Source: Eukaryota sp. GEM-RC1
Taxonomy: Eukaryota
Direction: 5' to 3'
Assembly (NCBI GenBank): GCA_040285855.1
Contig: JAUFOQ010000003.1
Coordinates: forward strand, 620,001-684,000
Length of the DNA stretch: 64,000 bases
Position numbers and translations under genes: made by a program. The notes beneath the pieces are model-generated. The model ran no database searches, had not been told where the DNA came from, and saw only the letters and a list, made by a program, of their open reading frames with translations. Positions 12,801 to 26,400 of this stretch are shown here, one piece after another. Each line of letters opens with the position of its first letter. Position 1 is the stretch's first letter.

Positions 12801-14402
12801 CAATGACTTTCTGAAGTTCAAGGTTTTAAAGTAGGAGACAAAGGTATATGCTATTAATAAGAACTCAAAAGAAAAGAACATAATGGTTAGACCAAGGAAT
12901 AAAGGTTTAACAGTGATCATTAAAGCAACTGAAAAACCTAGACAAACAACAAACGGAGAGAAGAATAAGATGTGGTGCTTATATTTCGCCCCTTCAAAAG
13001 TCAAACTAAAGTCATTCTCTTTCCACTTAAAGTAAAGCAAAGATACCGAACTCAGTAGTGGGAAGAAAAAGAGAAGAGTGAAGATGTTGATGTAACTACC
13101 AGTGAAGTGCCAGAGTAAAACACCAAGACCACACGTAACAACATAACAAATTAAGGGAATCAAATAAGCATTTGGCTTTGTGTTCTTGTATTTAAGGTAA
13201 TACAACAATCCAAATACCCAAATAGTTAAAACAATTGTACTAAATACTGCCACAAAACCAAAGATATACTGAGGGTGCTCTTGTCTAAGCATTGAGATCA
13301 AAGGAAAGTCAAGAGTTGTCATGACAATGATCTCAAGGGTGAATACCAAGTAAGTAAGGCATTGCATTACGACAGGATGGTGGACCATTGGGAGGCAGGA
13401 GAAGGAAATGATTGGTCTAAGATGATCACCCTCCTCGCTGACTGTCATTGACTTTAGAGCAGCTTCAGCGCTCTCTTTTTTAAGAGAGAGACGTTTGAAG
13501 AGGTAGTCTAAAGATCCAAGAGTGAGAACGAAGAAAGCAATGATGGTATGACCAAGGAAGAAGTAATCAGGACCTGGAAGGATGAAGCAGAGACGAGAAA
13601 TGAAGAGGAATATAATGAGATTGGAGGGGCATTTCCACTTGTGGAGGAAGGCAAGGAAGTCTACAATGACGATGCCGGCAACTGAAAAAAAGGAGAAGGC
13701 CTTTTGATGATCAAGAGATCTTATGGAGACCACGTCGTAGATGAAGAGACTCAGAATGGACAGAACCCAGAAGATGAGAGTCTTCTTAGCCATGATCTTG
13801 GGGGGAACGGGTTCAGCAGGGTGTTGTCCTTTGAGGTAGGAAGTGGGATCAGATCGAGGGAAGGGGAGTGAGTGATAGACAGCGACAGAAACAAGAACAG
13901 TGTTAATGATACCAAAGCCTAGATAGAGAGTACGATCATTAGAGAGGTTAGGGAACATCAGAGACGGGAGGAAGTAGAACAACGAGTGGATCAGAATCGA
14001 TGAGAAGAAGAGGTACTTAAAAGACGGGGCGGTGAAGAATCCATTCTTAAAGAAGTATCCAAGAGCAACTGTGAACAGATAGAGGAAGGAACAGATGAGA
14101 AACACATGTAGAGCCGAAAGCTGTGGCGTTACTCGTTCGGAAAGTTCTAGAGAATACAGAACAATTATTAAAAGAGGAGATAATGAGAGTAGACCAGAGA
14201 ATGCCATCAACACAGGTAATCGTTGCTTGTTTTGCTTAAGAAGAGAGCCTAGTATAGTTTTTCGTCCCCAGAATGCTTTTAGAGCACCCAAACGGAATTT
14301 GATAGCACACAAATGCCAAAATGCCAATGCAGAGAAAAGGAACAAAACGGGTACATAAACATATGATACGGAGAGGAACTCCGCATAATCAAGTTGGCGC
14401 AT
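9826..14402 (-). CDS. DEK1-like transmembrane calpain copy 1 (multi-TM + charged linker + CysPc + C2L); one frameshift near 11640
   Basis: ORFs 11463-14402 (hydrophobic) and 9826-11655 (QGSLGDCWL, GHAYS, RNPWG triad; TAGG..NPQY C2L) join by a 1-nt indel in an A-run; copies 2 and 3 confirm continuity. Confidence 0.9.
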
Positions 14403-15028
14403 AAGTTTCAGAGAATGTCAAATGCGACAGGAACTAGAAGATGATGTGCCTGGCTGTGATTCCAAGTTCGAAATTCCAACACTACTACAAGCATAGTCCG
14501 AAATGCGAACGTGTTATTCAGTTACCAAACGTGCCGTACGCATTTCGAACTATAACTACAAGTAGTAGTAGCAATCTTCTGTATCTTTCATTAAATGTTT
14601 ATTTACGTTCGTTTAGATTTTTTTTAGCTTTTATTTTTGTATTATAAATGTAATGGATCAAACAACTAAAATTTGATATCATTAAAACAACACCCGTCGC
14701 TATCAAACCTTACAACAGCTTTGTCCTCATAAAACGAACTCACTGCTAATAAAGCTTTGGAGATGATTAGGGGAACTGTTTTAAATACAGTAAAAACGAT
14801 CCGCTTCAACCATAACATATGATCAAAACGTTTGTTCATCCTATTTTTTACGATTTTTCCGAAATCGTTTAAAAAATTCAATGCACTTTTTCCTAAACGT
14901 CCGTAAATTGAAACGGCAAAGGGCATAATTCGTACTCAACATGTTTTACATGTTTTAAAGCCATCAATGGTTTTCTGTACTTATCCTGTTTGGCCTGTTC
15001 AGAAATGTCTAAAGGAGAAGTTTCAGAC

Positions 15029-15962
15029 TGTTAGTGAATAGTGACGTGGCAGTAGTTCTTCTTCCTTGTATAGATCAATAAACAAGCTTTTCTTCATTCC
15101 ATTGGTGAAAGCACCAACAATAATTATTGTTGCCCCGATGATCCCGTCTCATCAACCACCCCGATTGTCCACACTGTCTGTGTCCGACATAAATGAGTTT
15201 CTACACTCAGTCGAGGTTTATCAGTCAGTCACTGATAAGCCTCGACAAATACCTTTGAGACTTTTGCTGGAGCCAGCAATCCTCAAATCTCTCAAGTTGT
15301 ACAGTCCTGAACTGTCTTCGGACTCCAGCTTGAGAGAATTCCTCCGTGGAATGGTCACCTTCAGTTCTTACGAGGAGTTTTCTCGGACTGTCTCCGAACT
15401 CCGGATGGATAAAACCATCAAAGAACCCCAAGAACGGATGAACGATTACCTCCGTCGATTTGTCTGCGTCCAGGAAAGGGCTTCACCATTGAATCTGTCA
15501 GAAAAGGTTTTCATGATGCGATTCGCTCGTGGTGTTTGTCCTAAAGGTTTGTCAGTTTCTCTTACTTCCAGAGTAAAAGATGACATATTTCCTTCCCTTG
15601 CAAGCTTAATAAGCTGCATTACCTCAGAATTGGTTGACCTCGAACGTGCTAGATCTTGGATGTCCGCTGCTGCAAATCCCGAAGTTTTAAGCAGAACTCA
15701 ACTGCGTAGCGATGACATAAAGAACAGAAACTGTTACAGATGTCATCGTCCTGGCCATCTTGCTGTAAATTGTAAAGCCAAAGTCGAAGAAGTGAACCAT
15801 TTAGAGATTGTAGATGATCGCCCAAGACCTGATTTTGTGAATCCTCTAAAAAATATATGTAGAAGAGGTAGTGTTAGTGAATAGTGACGTGGCAGTAGTT
15901 CTTCTTCCTTGTATAGATCAATAAACAAGCTTTTCTTCATTCCATTGGTGAAAGCACCAACA
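15029..15962 (+). mobile_element. Gag-only miniature LTR retrotransposon (TRIM/TR-GAG-like), 934 bp
   Basis: Identical 91-bp LTRs TGTT...AACA (15029-15119, 15872-15962), 4-bp TSD AGAC, PPT AGAAGAGGTAG before the 3' LTR, no pol. Confidence 0.93.
15138..15884 (+). CDS. gag: Gag-like protein with CCHC zinc knuckle (248 aa)
   Basis: Intact ORF from ATG 15138; capsid-like helical region (ERMNDYLRRF, FARGV); CYRCHRPGHLAVNC; stop inside the 3' LTR. Confidence 0.8.
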   Translation: MIPSHQPPRLSTLSVSDINEFLHSVEVYQSVTDKPRQIPLRLLLEPAILKSLKLYSPELSSDSSLREFLRGMVTFSSYEEFSRTVSELRMDKTIKEPQERMNDYLRRFVCVQERASPLNLSEKVFMMRFARGVCPKGLSVSLTSRVKDDIFPSLASLISCITSELVDLERARSWMSAAANPEVLSRTQLRSDDIKNRNCYRCHRPGHLAVNCKAKVEEVNHLEIVDDRPRPDFVNPLKNICRRGSVSE

Positions 15963-18735
15963 AGACGAAGCGTTCTTTAAAGATATCTTTTTACAAACAT
16001 CCACTGACACTACATCAACAACAAACAATTTGTCTGAAGAAGAAGGGACAACAACATCTGCTCTCCGTTTACCAAAAAATTGGCCTTTTTTCGACATTAC
16101 AATTATTACTTGGTTCTAAAGATCTTAGAAGTGGTTCAACAAATGACTCAATTTTGTAAGACTTACACATAGCATGTATTTGATCTCTTACAGCATCATG
16201 CATACACGTTCGATAAGTTATGTAGCGATTACAACTTAACAGATGAGAAAACGTTAATTGTTTTCCACAACTACATTGAAGATCATTTGGCAAATTATAT
16301 GGCCATAAATAACAATGAAGTCTCATTGTAGTGGTCCATTGATGATCATTTAATAACAAACCGTATACTTGTGGAATTTGATTGATTAATGCCACAGCAG
16401 AACTCTCATTTAAATCAATTAAAAAATTAGCGAAAGCTGGATTTTTTTCCTTAGCCGAGCTAAGACTGACTGTAAAATCTAAACTTTCAAAATATTTTAA
16501 TAAATGATTTTGTAGCTTTTTTAAAGCAAACTTTAAAGACAAAATGTTTCGACTGGAAAATGTGTGGTTATTTAAAATATTGGGGTTGACTTGAAAAGAA
16601 AAGAAAGAAAGTCTGTGCGAATTTTGTTAAAAGCTCTACAAAAATCATACGATAACTCAGGAGCAAAGGACCTCAAAAGATGAGTAATTTTGCCAGAATA
16701 ACAAATTTTGAGCATGAAGAATTTTAAATGTTTTTCAATTTCAAGAACTTTAATCTTATCCAACTCTTGTTGAATCGAATTCAAATAATCATCAAGGTTT
16801 TTGACAATATCTTCCTTTTTACCAAAAAAAATCGTTTAGATTTGGTGGTGTAATTTGTCACACTTGCAAATTTGTTGACTTGTAACCGCCAATTTCGTTC
16901 AGAATTATAGTAAGTTCATGTGGTATTAATTTTAATTGTATTGTGTAGGTAAGTCTGATGGAGTAGTTTCGTTTTAGGTAGGGATGAGTTGAACTTTAGA
17001 TTACATACATACAGCAAGAACTACTGTAGGTTCTTGAAAATCGTGTAATCAAGAGGTGACGTCACGAGACCGTATGTATTACTGTATGTGATATCAGAGA
17101 TACAGTGATCGATTCCAACATCATTAATGTCTTCAGAAATCTTGAACAATTGAACATAAGAATCAAAAAACTGTGGGGTGTTGATGCAGTCTCACCTTAT
17201 GAACTAGAACCGTATTTCCACAAAATTGGGTCTATTTATACCTCTGGAATCGGTTTGAATTTTCTATTGATTTAACAATAGGATTTGGAAACACTAGACT
17301 AATGCTACAAAATCTGCTACATCACGATTACTTTTTTTACTTCTCCTTTGGACGCATTGACTTAGTAGACCCTTTTTCTGATGACACATTGTCATTCTGA
17401 TAAGTCAGGGTATATCCCTAAGGATATCTACTAAGTGATGAGAGATATCTACTAGGTTTCTATAAAAAGGATCCTGCTCCTTAACTCCCACTCTTTGTTG
17501 CTTTTGTATTCTGAAACCACTCCTTGAGAGAAATTCTCTAGAAGTTTTGAATATACTAATCAAATTATATAAGAGTTTATTTGCAACAATAAGTTAATAC
17601 ATACTAATTCAGAAAATGAAAGAAGTTAAATTCTCCACGAGAATTGTCCCTATACAACTTCGAATAAATGGAACATAAATACATGGGAATGCTTCTACAA
17701 AGAGCTAATCAAATTCATTAACAAGAGTTGTTGTTGAGGACGGTTGTCTTTTTCCTTTTCAACTCAAATTTTGGGATTTTTGATTCGAGTAAACGATCTC
17801 TTTGGTTTCAGATGAAGTAGAGGAACTGCTATATCCTTTGCTTATGAAGTTTTTGATGTTTGGTATACCAGACGTATTGGTAATCGTATTTGAGGGTAAT
17901 ACATCTAGTTCATACTGATGTACATAATTCAGCATAAACTTTCGTAACCATGTTGAAGGTAGAGTCAACATTAAGCGAAGAAATTCAAGATTACATGTCA
18001 TTGTAGAATTATTGTAAGATGTTCATAATGAATTTGCTTAGGAAGAGTATTAAGCAACTCACTATCAATCACAAGGTTTGGAAAAGGTGGGAGAAGTATA
18101 GTTACTTGTTTTACACTCATTCCAAACCTTGAGTAGACCACATAGTATAGAAATTGGTATCCAATAGTTCTAGAGTGTTCGTATAATGATGAATGGCTTT
18201 ACCATATTCCGCTGTACCTTGAGCTCTGCCATAAACTAGTCTTCGAATCAGATCAGCAGCTTCAGTGAATATGTGACAGGAGCTGTTAATTCAAAGTCTG
18301 AAGTACATGTATTAAGAATAAACAATGTATAGAAGGATCTCAATTGTAATTATTTAAAGACATTTTAAGGAATAATCCAAAAATCAAACACATAAGTAGA
18401 ATCAATAAAAGTGTTAGTGAAATGTCATTGAATTTCAAATAATATTAAGATACGCTATAATTGAATATAATAAACAATAAATAACTACCTCTTTTAACAA
18501 AAATGATGAAAAAAGCAACCATAATCAATCTCCTTCTAACGTATCTTATTGCTTTGATTGTATTCTATACGTGTAGAGCCTTTTTATTTCGTGTTGTTGT
18601 TAGTTGCGGATAATAAGTGACCACTTTGTTATGTAATTTTGCTTAGCCATGATGCTTAAGTAATATATACAGTTCTTTTTTCTTCTTTTGTTTTAAAGGA
18701 GAGTTCTTCTTAGGGATGTTAAACAATATATGTAC

Positions 18736-20073
18736 CAGTGATGCGAAAAAATTAATTTAATTATAATTAATTTAATTATAATTAATTGAATTAATTCCCT
18801 GAGAATTAATTAATTCTAGATGCTTAGAATTATAATTAATTAATTGTTACACCTTAGAATTAAAATTAATTAACGGAAATTAGTAGAATTAATTGTATAA
18901 TTCCTTGTCAGCCAAACTGGGTTATCGTCTCAATATTCAACAAGAAAGCATTGTTCATTTTTACGTGTGTCGAACCACGGTCTTCTAGTGCATATGAGAA
19001 CCTTACAAATACCTAGCGTGGTAGTGTAACAGTGGAAACTTGTCAAGCCTGGACTGCTAAATACCAGCAAACTGACGATATCATCAAACTTGCTTAGTGT
19101 ACGAGATTCAAAACGCAAACAAACTCCAACACTGGACAATATAACTCGTTCCTGGTTTATTGTCATGAAAATAGCATGTTATAGTAACTATGAGAATAAT
19201 TCAGTTCTCTAATGAAGCAATACCATGGAACGCAAATGTTCCGTACCGGAGCGATTTTCGGCGTACATTATTACTATTTTGACATGATGATCCAATGTGA
19301 GATTTTAACAGTTACCATCGTCATGTATTCAACTGTTAGACATAGCTCAGGATATCAAGATCACGATTGTTACACTCAGTCAAATTTGGGGAACATCATT
19401 GATGACCACAACTTTTCCAAAATGACATTAGTTCACACGAAGCTCAGAAATCACATAAAATCAACAACAATATCATCTTCAACTTACATTGCAATCAACG
19501 AGTGAGTACTACGAAATATACCATAATTAAGAGCCCAAAAACCCAAAAATTTGGTGTCTAAACTATTACATGTAGAATGCACAGAAGCCAATTGCAATAG
19601 TACTATGGTTGATGAGGGAATAAACCTCCACTCCAAAATTTGTATTTGTATATCATTTAAGGTCATTCATAAATAGGCTTCAAATAAAATCAAATCACAT
19701 CGGTACGGATAAACAAAATCGGTACGTACCGATCCGTACCGTACGTACCAAAGATTTGTGCACATTGAGCAATTACTCCATCTCTGGAACCTGTTTTTCC
19801 GTACTTTGATGTAGTCAAATCAATTCTTTTAGGAACTGTCATGAGAACCGGTACCAAATTTACTACCATTGACTTAAGATGGTAATTGTGATTGATAGTA
19901 TGTTGTATGTTATCGTATTGCTACCAAAGAATTAATTGCAATTAATTGCAATTAATTAATTGTGGGACCGGAGAATTAAAATTAATTAATTTTATGCCAT
20001 ATGAATTAAAATTAATTAATTGAGGGTGTCAAGAATTATTAATTTAATTTAATTTAATTTCTTCGCATCGCTG
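18736..20073. mobile_element. Non-autonomous hAT-like element (family D) with AT-rich subterminal arrays
   Basis: TIR CAGTGATGCGAA / TTCGCATCGCTG; degenerate 8-bp TSD ATATGTAC/AAATATAC; ends match 54642-56920. Confidence 0.75.
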
Positions 20074-20436
20074 AAATATACTTAAATAAATATAATTTTG
20101 TGTGGGTTTACAATAAATATATTGATATTGTCAAATTTGACGATGTATAATTATATTTATTGCCAATATCTCTGCTGTAACTCTAGTACCAAAAGAATGT
20201 AGAAAAAACGGGGTTTATGGTCAATCAGTGAAAAAATTCTAACGTAGTAAGCCAGTCTATTCGTCCATATATCCAATCTTGGTGCAACAAATCTTGACAA
20301 GGATTGTGGAGAAGAATTCTTCGAAAAGTATTTTCATGCCAAAGTTGCGAGTTGTAGAGTAAAAGTGATGCTTTGTGTTAGAAGACATACGAAAGTATGG
20401 AGTGAAATTAAGATAGTTTATGATTGCTATTAGCTA

Positions 20437-23400
20437 TTATATACTTACACTACTTCTTCTCCTTCTTCGAGTTCTCTTTGCTATTGGGGTTTTACTGTGT
20501 TTAGCTTTGGATGAGGTTCTCTTTCTGGGACTCGATGGAGGATTATTATTATTTTTCATGAACTCGACATAGGCTTTGGTGTTTTTAATGCTAGAAGAAG
20601 CAACTGTTGTGATATCACCGCCATACCACAGAACAGAACACATAAGTCCTTCATGTGAGTGGAACTGTTCCAACACTTGGATGATGACATGTTCTTCCTT
20701 ATCACCAGCTGCGACTTGTTGATGTATACCATGGTTAGATGGAAGGTCAGAGTTGTACAGCTTGCATTGATGTACACTGGCTTGGGACTCAATGCCAGAT
20801 ACGAGGTTCTTGATTTTCAAGGATGATGGTGAAGGAATCTCGATGACCAGGAATGGGCCAGAGTGTTTGCCATGAAGCTTTGTAGCAGTCTTAGAGGATC
20901 TGAGGATCAGATCGCCAATTACAAATGGATTTGATTTATTGGACTTAGGAGGTCTCTTTGAGGATTGATTGCTACTTGCTGATTCCTGCTTTTCCTTTAT
21001 TCTCTCGTTTTTTCTTTGAAGATCTTCAATAAAAGGGATGTTTAAATTGGATGCTTCTAGAGCTTTGATTATGAGACTGGGATCTGCTTTGGGACCAAAA
21101 GAGGACCCAAACATGAGTTCATAGGGAGTGTGTTCGGTGTAACGGTTCTTGGTAGCGTTAAGCTGGAGTTGGACGAAGGGAATGTATTCAGCCCAGTTGT
21201 CGAATGCACCGAAGTCGATTAGGAAACGTTGAAGATTTCTTAAGACATCACGATGACGTCTCTCGACTAGCCCGTTTGATTGAGAAAAGTGCGGAATGGA
21301 CGTGGAGTTTTCAATTGCCAGCAGTTGACATACTGCGTTGAATGTTGCGTTAGCAAATTCAGGACCGTTATCGCTGTGGATGGAGTAGGGGATACCAAAT
21401 ATACCACAAACGTTGAACACGAGTGCATAAGCAGCTTCTTTGGCGTTCAGATCGATTATTGGGACTAATATTGTGAATCTAGTGAAAAAATCTACGAATA
21501 CTAAAATAAAACGGTTACCGTCAGCATCAGGGGATAATGGACCAATAGTGTCAACGTTGATTTTGGAGAAGGGCTTATCAGCCCAAAGGGAACCTGAGTG
21601 AGGGATTTGATCTCTTTTGATTGGAGATGTCTTTTGGCAAGAAGGGCAGTTCTTGATGTGATTGGTTAAATCATCTTTCATGTTTGGCCACCAGTAGTCG
21701 CTGTCGTTCAGAGTTTTGATAGACGTGGATAAACTGGGGTGACCGGATTGAACTAGTCCATAGATGTTTAGCAAGGTGGATTTCCTGAGGGACAATGGGA
21801 TCAGGATTTTCTTGTTGGGAGTTAGATATAACTGTACTCTATCGTTGAATGTTGTGTTGATGAAGAGAGGTTCGTTTGATTCGACTGCTTTACGCTGTTC
21901 GGAACGGATTCTGCTCAACCAATTGCTGAAAATTGGGAGATCTCTTTGTGCAACTTCACGGAGACTGTTAATTGATGGGATGTTTGTGTGGTCAATTCTT
22001 GGAGTAGCTACTGGATCATCAGTGAGCTGAGCATCGGAATGCGAGGGGGAACTGCTGTGAGGACATAACCGTGAGAGCATGTCTGCCCAATGGTTGTCTA
22101 CTCCGGATGTGTGTACTATGTCGAATTGGTATTCTGATAGCACGAATAGCCATCTTTTGACCATTCTGTTCTTATCGGGACACGAGATAAGATATGCTAG
22201 GTTCTTGTGATCTGTAAAGATTGTAAGGTGTCTAGTCTTGAGGAAGTTTGCCAGACTCGATTCTGTTAAGATGAGGAGAATGGCATAAAGCTCTTCTGGA
22301 TGGTTGCCCAGTTGAGCTGAGATTCGGTCAATATTTTGCTGTAGAAACTTATAGGTTGAACCTTGCGTTCTATCAGCGGATTACCTGGAGGACTTGGTGT
22401 AGTCTCGTTCCAAATGACTCCTCCCACTGCTAGATCAGAAGCGTCTGCGCTAATGAGAATGTTGCAATTGGGACCAGGAAGGTCAAAAAAATTTGATTGA
22501 CTATCAACCTTTTGATTGAGTCGAAAGCCTGTTGATGTTTGGGTTCCCATTTCACGCCTTTTGGTTTTCCTTTTGTTAGGGCAATGATAGGGGCTATCAA
22601 CTTGGATATTCCTGGTAACCAGTCTCTGATGTAGTTGATGGAGCCTACGAGGCTTCTGACATCTTTCACTGTCTTGGGAGTTGGAATTTCAAGAACAGCT
22701 TTGATTCTGACATCGTCGATTAATCTGGTTTTGTTGTGGAAAATACTACCTAATATCTTGATTGGGTGTTTATGGGTTACAAACTTGCACTTGTGGAGGC
22801 CGAGGGTTACTCTGGCAGATTGTGCTTGATTAAAAACTGCTCGAAGTCGAGTTATAAATTCATCGAACGCTGAAGCTATAACTATGATATCGTCTAGATA
22901 GATGAAGACTCCGTCCATTGCGAAGATCTCTGTCATCAGGTTTTGGAAAATTGCTGGTACATTTTTCAAGCCGAATGGAGCTCTGGTGAACGTGATTGTT
23001 CTGCCAGGGATTGATAAAGCAGTTTTGTCCATATCTTGAGGGGCAACTTTGAGTTGCCAGAAAGCTTTGGGAGATCGAGGGTTGCAATGAAGTTTGCTGC
23101 TGGTAAGAATGTAATCACGTCAGCGATGTTGGGTAGGTCAGAAGCTATTGGAACAGTTAGATCATTAACACCATCTGTACCACAATCTCCAGTCAGACGT
23201 GGTTTCCTATGATCAGGGTACGTGACGAGTACTACAGGGCTTGAGAACTTAGATTGGGGGGAAGACACGGCGAATCCTTGTTCGATAAGTTCATCAAAGA
23301 TGCCATTGGCAATCTTTAGTTTTTCAGGATTGAAGAAACGAGGTTTCCGTTTAACGACAGTTGATTCGTCATGGAAGGGGATTCTCATTGGTGGACAATC

Positions 23401-26400
23401 AATTCCATCAGGGTGTGGTGCTGATTGGAATATGATCCTGAACTCTTCTAAGAGGGATGACAGTTGTTGATTTAGAAGAGGATTGTCCAAAGTGATTGTG
23501 CAACCTGATTCAACTGGATTGAATGATGTAGAATGATCGGTGTCTCTGATTGATTTCATTGATGGAGGAGTGCTCATTAGGTTATCGAATTCTGATTCAT
23601 CTTTCATGATGATGTTATGTTCTTTATCCAGTTTTATTACTAGACTGTCCTCTGTTAATAGCCCTAATTTGTTTAATAAATCGATCCCGATGAGCATTGT
23701 TTGGGTACCTGTAACAATTGGGAATGAGTGATCTACAAACACTAGGTTAGCTGCGCTATTCAGTGTGAACGCAAGAACACCTTTGGCTGTGCCTAAGGAC
23801 GATGTACGGTTTCCATCTGCAGTGATGTATGATAAAGTATCATGTGAAATCTTCATCTTGCAGGATTCGGCTAAATCGGATGTGATGACTGAAATTTGTG
23901 CGCCTGAATCGATGGTTCCGGTTATTGGGACATCGTTAACCAATAAATTCAAATTTATGAAATTATTGTGGGGGTTGCTGTTTATACTCATGACTCTGGG
24001 AGTGTCATTGATTAAATCTCTGATAGGGTTGTTGAGTGGTTGTGGGGGTGTAGAGGTGTCTAAAAAATACAGATAGTTATCAGATTTATTACTACGTTTA
24101 CCTACGTGATTGCCTGAACGGCGTGTCTTGCGGCGGGGGTCTGTATTACCAGTATACTGTGAGGAGGATTTACATCCTGGCTTGGGACACATTTCTACAG
24201 CGTGGCCTGGTTCTTTACAGTATTTGCATACGTTGGAATTAAGAGTGCTGGGAGTTGTAGGTTGGGACCTCTGGGCATGGAATTTACCGCTGGATTTCCG
24301 ACCACGACGTTTTTTCTGTCTGTGGGAGTGGTGAGCATCATCGTCACTGTCTGACGCAAAACCTCTTGAAAATTTCAGTACCTTGCCAAGGTGGGGGGTC
24401 GAGGGACGCTTGAATGCCTAATGTCGGCGATTCCATTGTCGGTAAGGGGGAGGGGTGGAGATTCTTGTCTCGTCCAAGATACGTTGGTCAGCTAAGGCAA
24501 GACTGGCTGGGTCCAAGTTTGGGTGTTGACTACACCAGTTGAGATAGCGGTCTTTTATGTTTTTGATAATCTCGTTGGTGGTGTATTCTTTGAATATTTC
24601 CTTGTCCTTGACAAAATTTTCGACGTCATGGAAAACGATGGGGATTCCTACGTTCCTTGCGAAATGTTTCAACATTAGCCGAATGTCAAAGCTGTATGAA
24701 TGCTTTTCGTCGATGGGGATTAGAGTGCAGGAGTTAGCAACTCTGGTGAAACGACGTAGATAATCGTCCCACCGTTCCCGCTTGGACCTGAACGTTCTGT
24801 TCGTTGACCAGTCCATCATACAGTTGGCGATCAAGGCTTCTTCTTGACGAGGATTTTCGGCCTGGGTGTTCAAAATGATACGTTCCCAGATGCACCAATT
24901 TTTTAAAAATGTGGGGATAGTCCCATCATTCTTCCAGGAGGTGAGGATCATTGGATCAACATGCAGCTGTAAGCCGCGGATATCCACATTTAAAAGGAGG
25001 TCTCTTGCGAGATCCAATCCATGGAGGGGCTCACCATGAGTTGGTTTGTTGATTGAGAGTTGATCTTCAAACGGGGAAAGGAGTTCATCCATGGTTTTAG
25101 GATCAGCGATTGATCGCCAAGCTTGCACTTGGTTTTCTAAGTCCTGGAGATGCTTAGCATCATCAATGCCACGTCCTCTAGCTCTGGAGTATCTTCTCCA
25201 TTCAAGAGCGAAGTTGTAGCATGAAAGGGAATCCGTTTTCTGGAGGTACGGGGGTTTGAGCTTAGCTTCCCGGCGAGATTCTTTCTCAAGCTCGGCGAAG
25301 GCTGCGTTCTGGGGAGAGATGTGGCCGGTTGCAGATTCGGTGAATCCGGCTGGGTCCTCGACAGAGGAAAAATCGACTCTGGAGGTGGAGAAGGCCGATG
25401 GCAGAGCTATACTTGGCAACTGATCATCAGTACCGATAGTCTGGATGCTGCCTGCTGTGACCTTTTTCTTGGGTTTCACCGGAGGAATAACTGGATGTGA
25501 AGGTTGTTTCTTCCTATCAGCCCTGACTTCGCTGATAAGTTCCAACATAGAGAGCTTCAACTCATGATTTTCTCGAATGAGGCGCTCAATCATTTTGTCA
25601 CCAGTTTCATTGGGAACCGACTTGGAGGAAGGAGGGGGAAGTCCGTCGTCTGAACTGACGTCTACTAGAGAAGCTGGACTAACTTCCACTGGAGATGAGC
25701 TACTACTTTCCGGACTAGTAACATGGAGGTCTGTCAAAGTGAGGTCTTCCTCATCATACGATGGGATATACTTATTGATCAAACTGTTAGTAGCCGTACT
25801 CGTTAGCTTACGGAACATGGGGGAGCCTCTGTCTTTCTTGGGTCTGGATTTGGACCTTGAGACAGGCTTTGACCTACCCAACTTCTTCCCGACCTTCTTA
25901 CATTTGTTAGAGGAAGTTTTGATGTGGGAAGTTCTCGTATCCATTTCTGGAGAGATGTTGGGAGTACCTCCATCCTTATCAGGAGAGGATTTGGTACCTC
26001 CATCCTTATCAGGAGAGGATTTAAGAGTACCTCCATCCTTTTCAGGAGAGGTTTTCGTACCTCTCTCCGTTTCAGGAGAGGATTTAAGAGTACCTCCATC
26101 CTTTTCAGGAGAGGGTTTCGTACCTCCATCCGTTTCAGGAGAGGATTTAGGAGTACCTCTATCCTTTTCAGGAGAGGATTTTCTACCTCCATTCTTTTCA
26201 GGAGAGGATTTGGAGGTGTCAGAAACACCGAGGGGAGGATGAACGGCAAAGTCGGATATTTCCGGCTCGGCAGACTGGGGCTTTCGCTTGGTTCTCTTCG
26301 AGGAGCCCTTGCTCTTTGGGAGGGGAGTTTCCCTAACCCTTCCGAAGAAGGTACTCCACCAAACAGAGCAGAGAATTCATCTGGGGTGAGTTTCTTCTTG

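Larger units (their letters stand above)
14621..16831 (-). mobile_element. 5'-truncated CRE-like RLE non-LTR retrotransposon, interrupted by an LTR element
   Basis: CSCGKQLTFSHLLSC...HDAVRD zinc motif, RADVV...VVDVVSVD...KQDKY endonuclease motif, PFAVSIYG; A-rich 3' end; 12-bp TSD TCGTTTAGATTT at 14609-14620 and 16832-16843. Confidence 0.85.

Noticed and set aside
17380..18500. Possible decayed element sharing GATATCTACTAGGT with ~60414-60428
   Set aside because: No boundaries, TSD or protein motif could be established by eye
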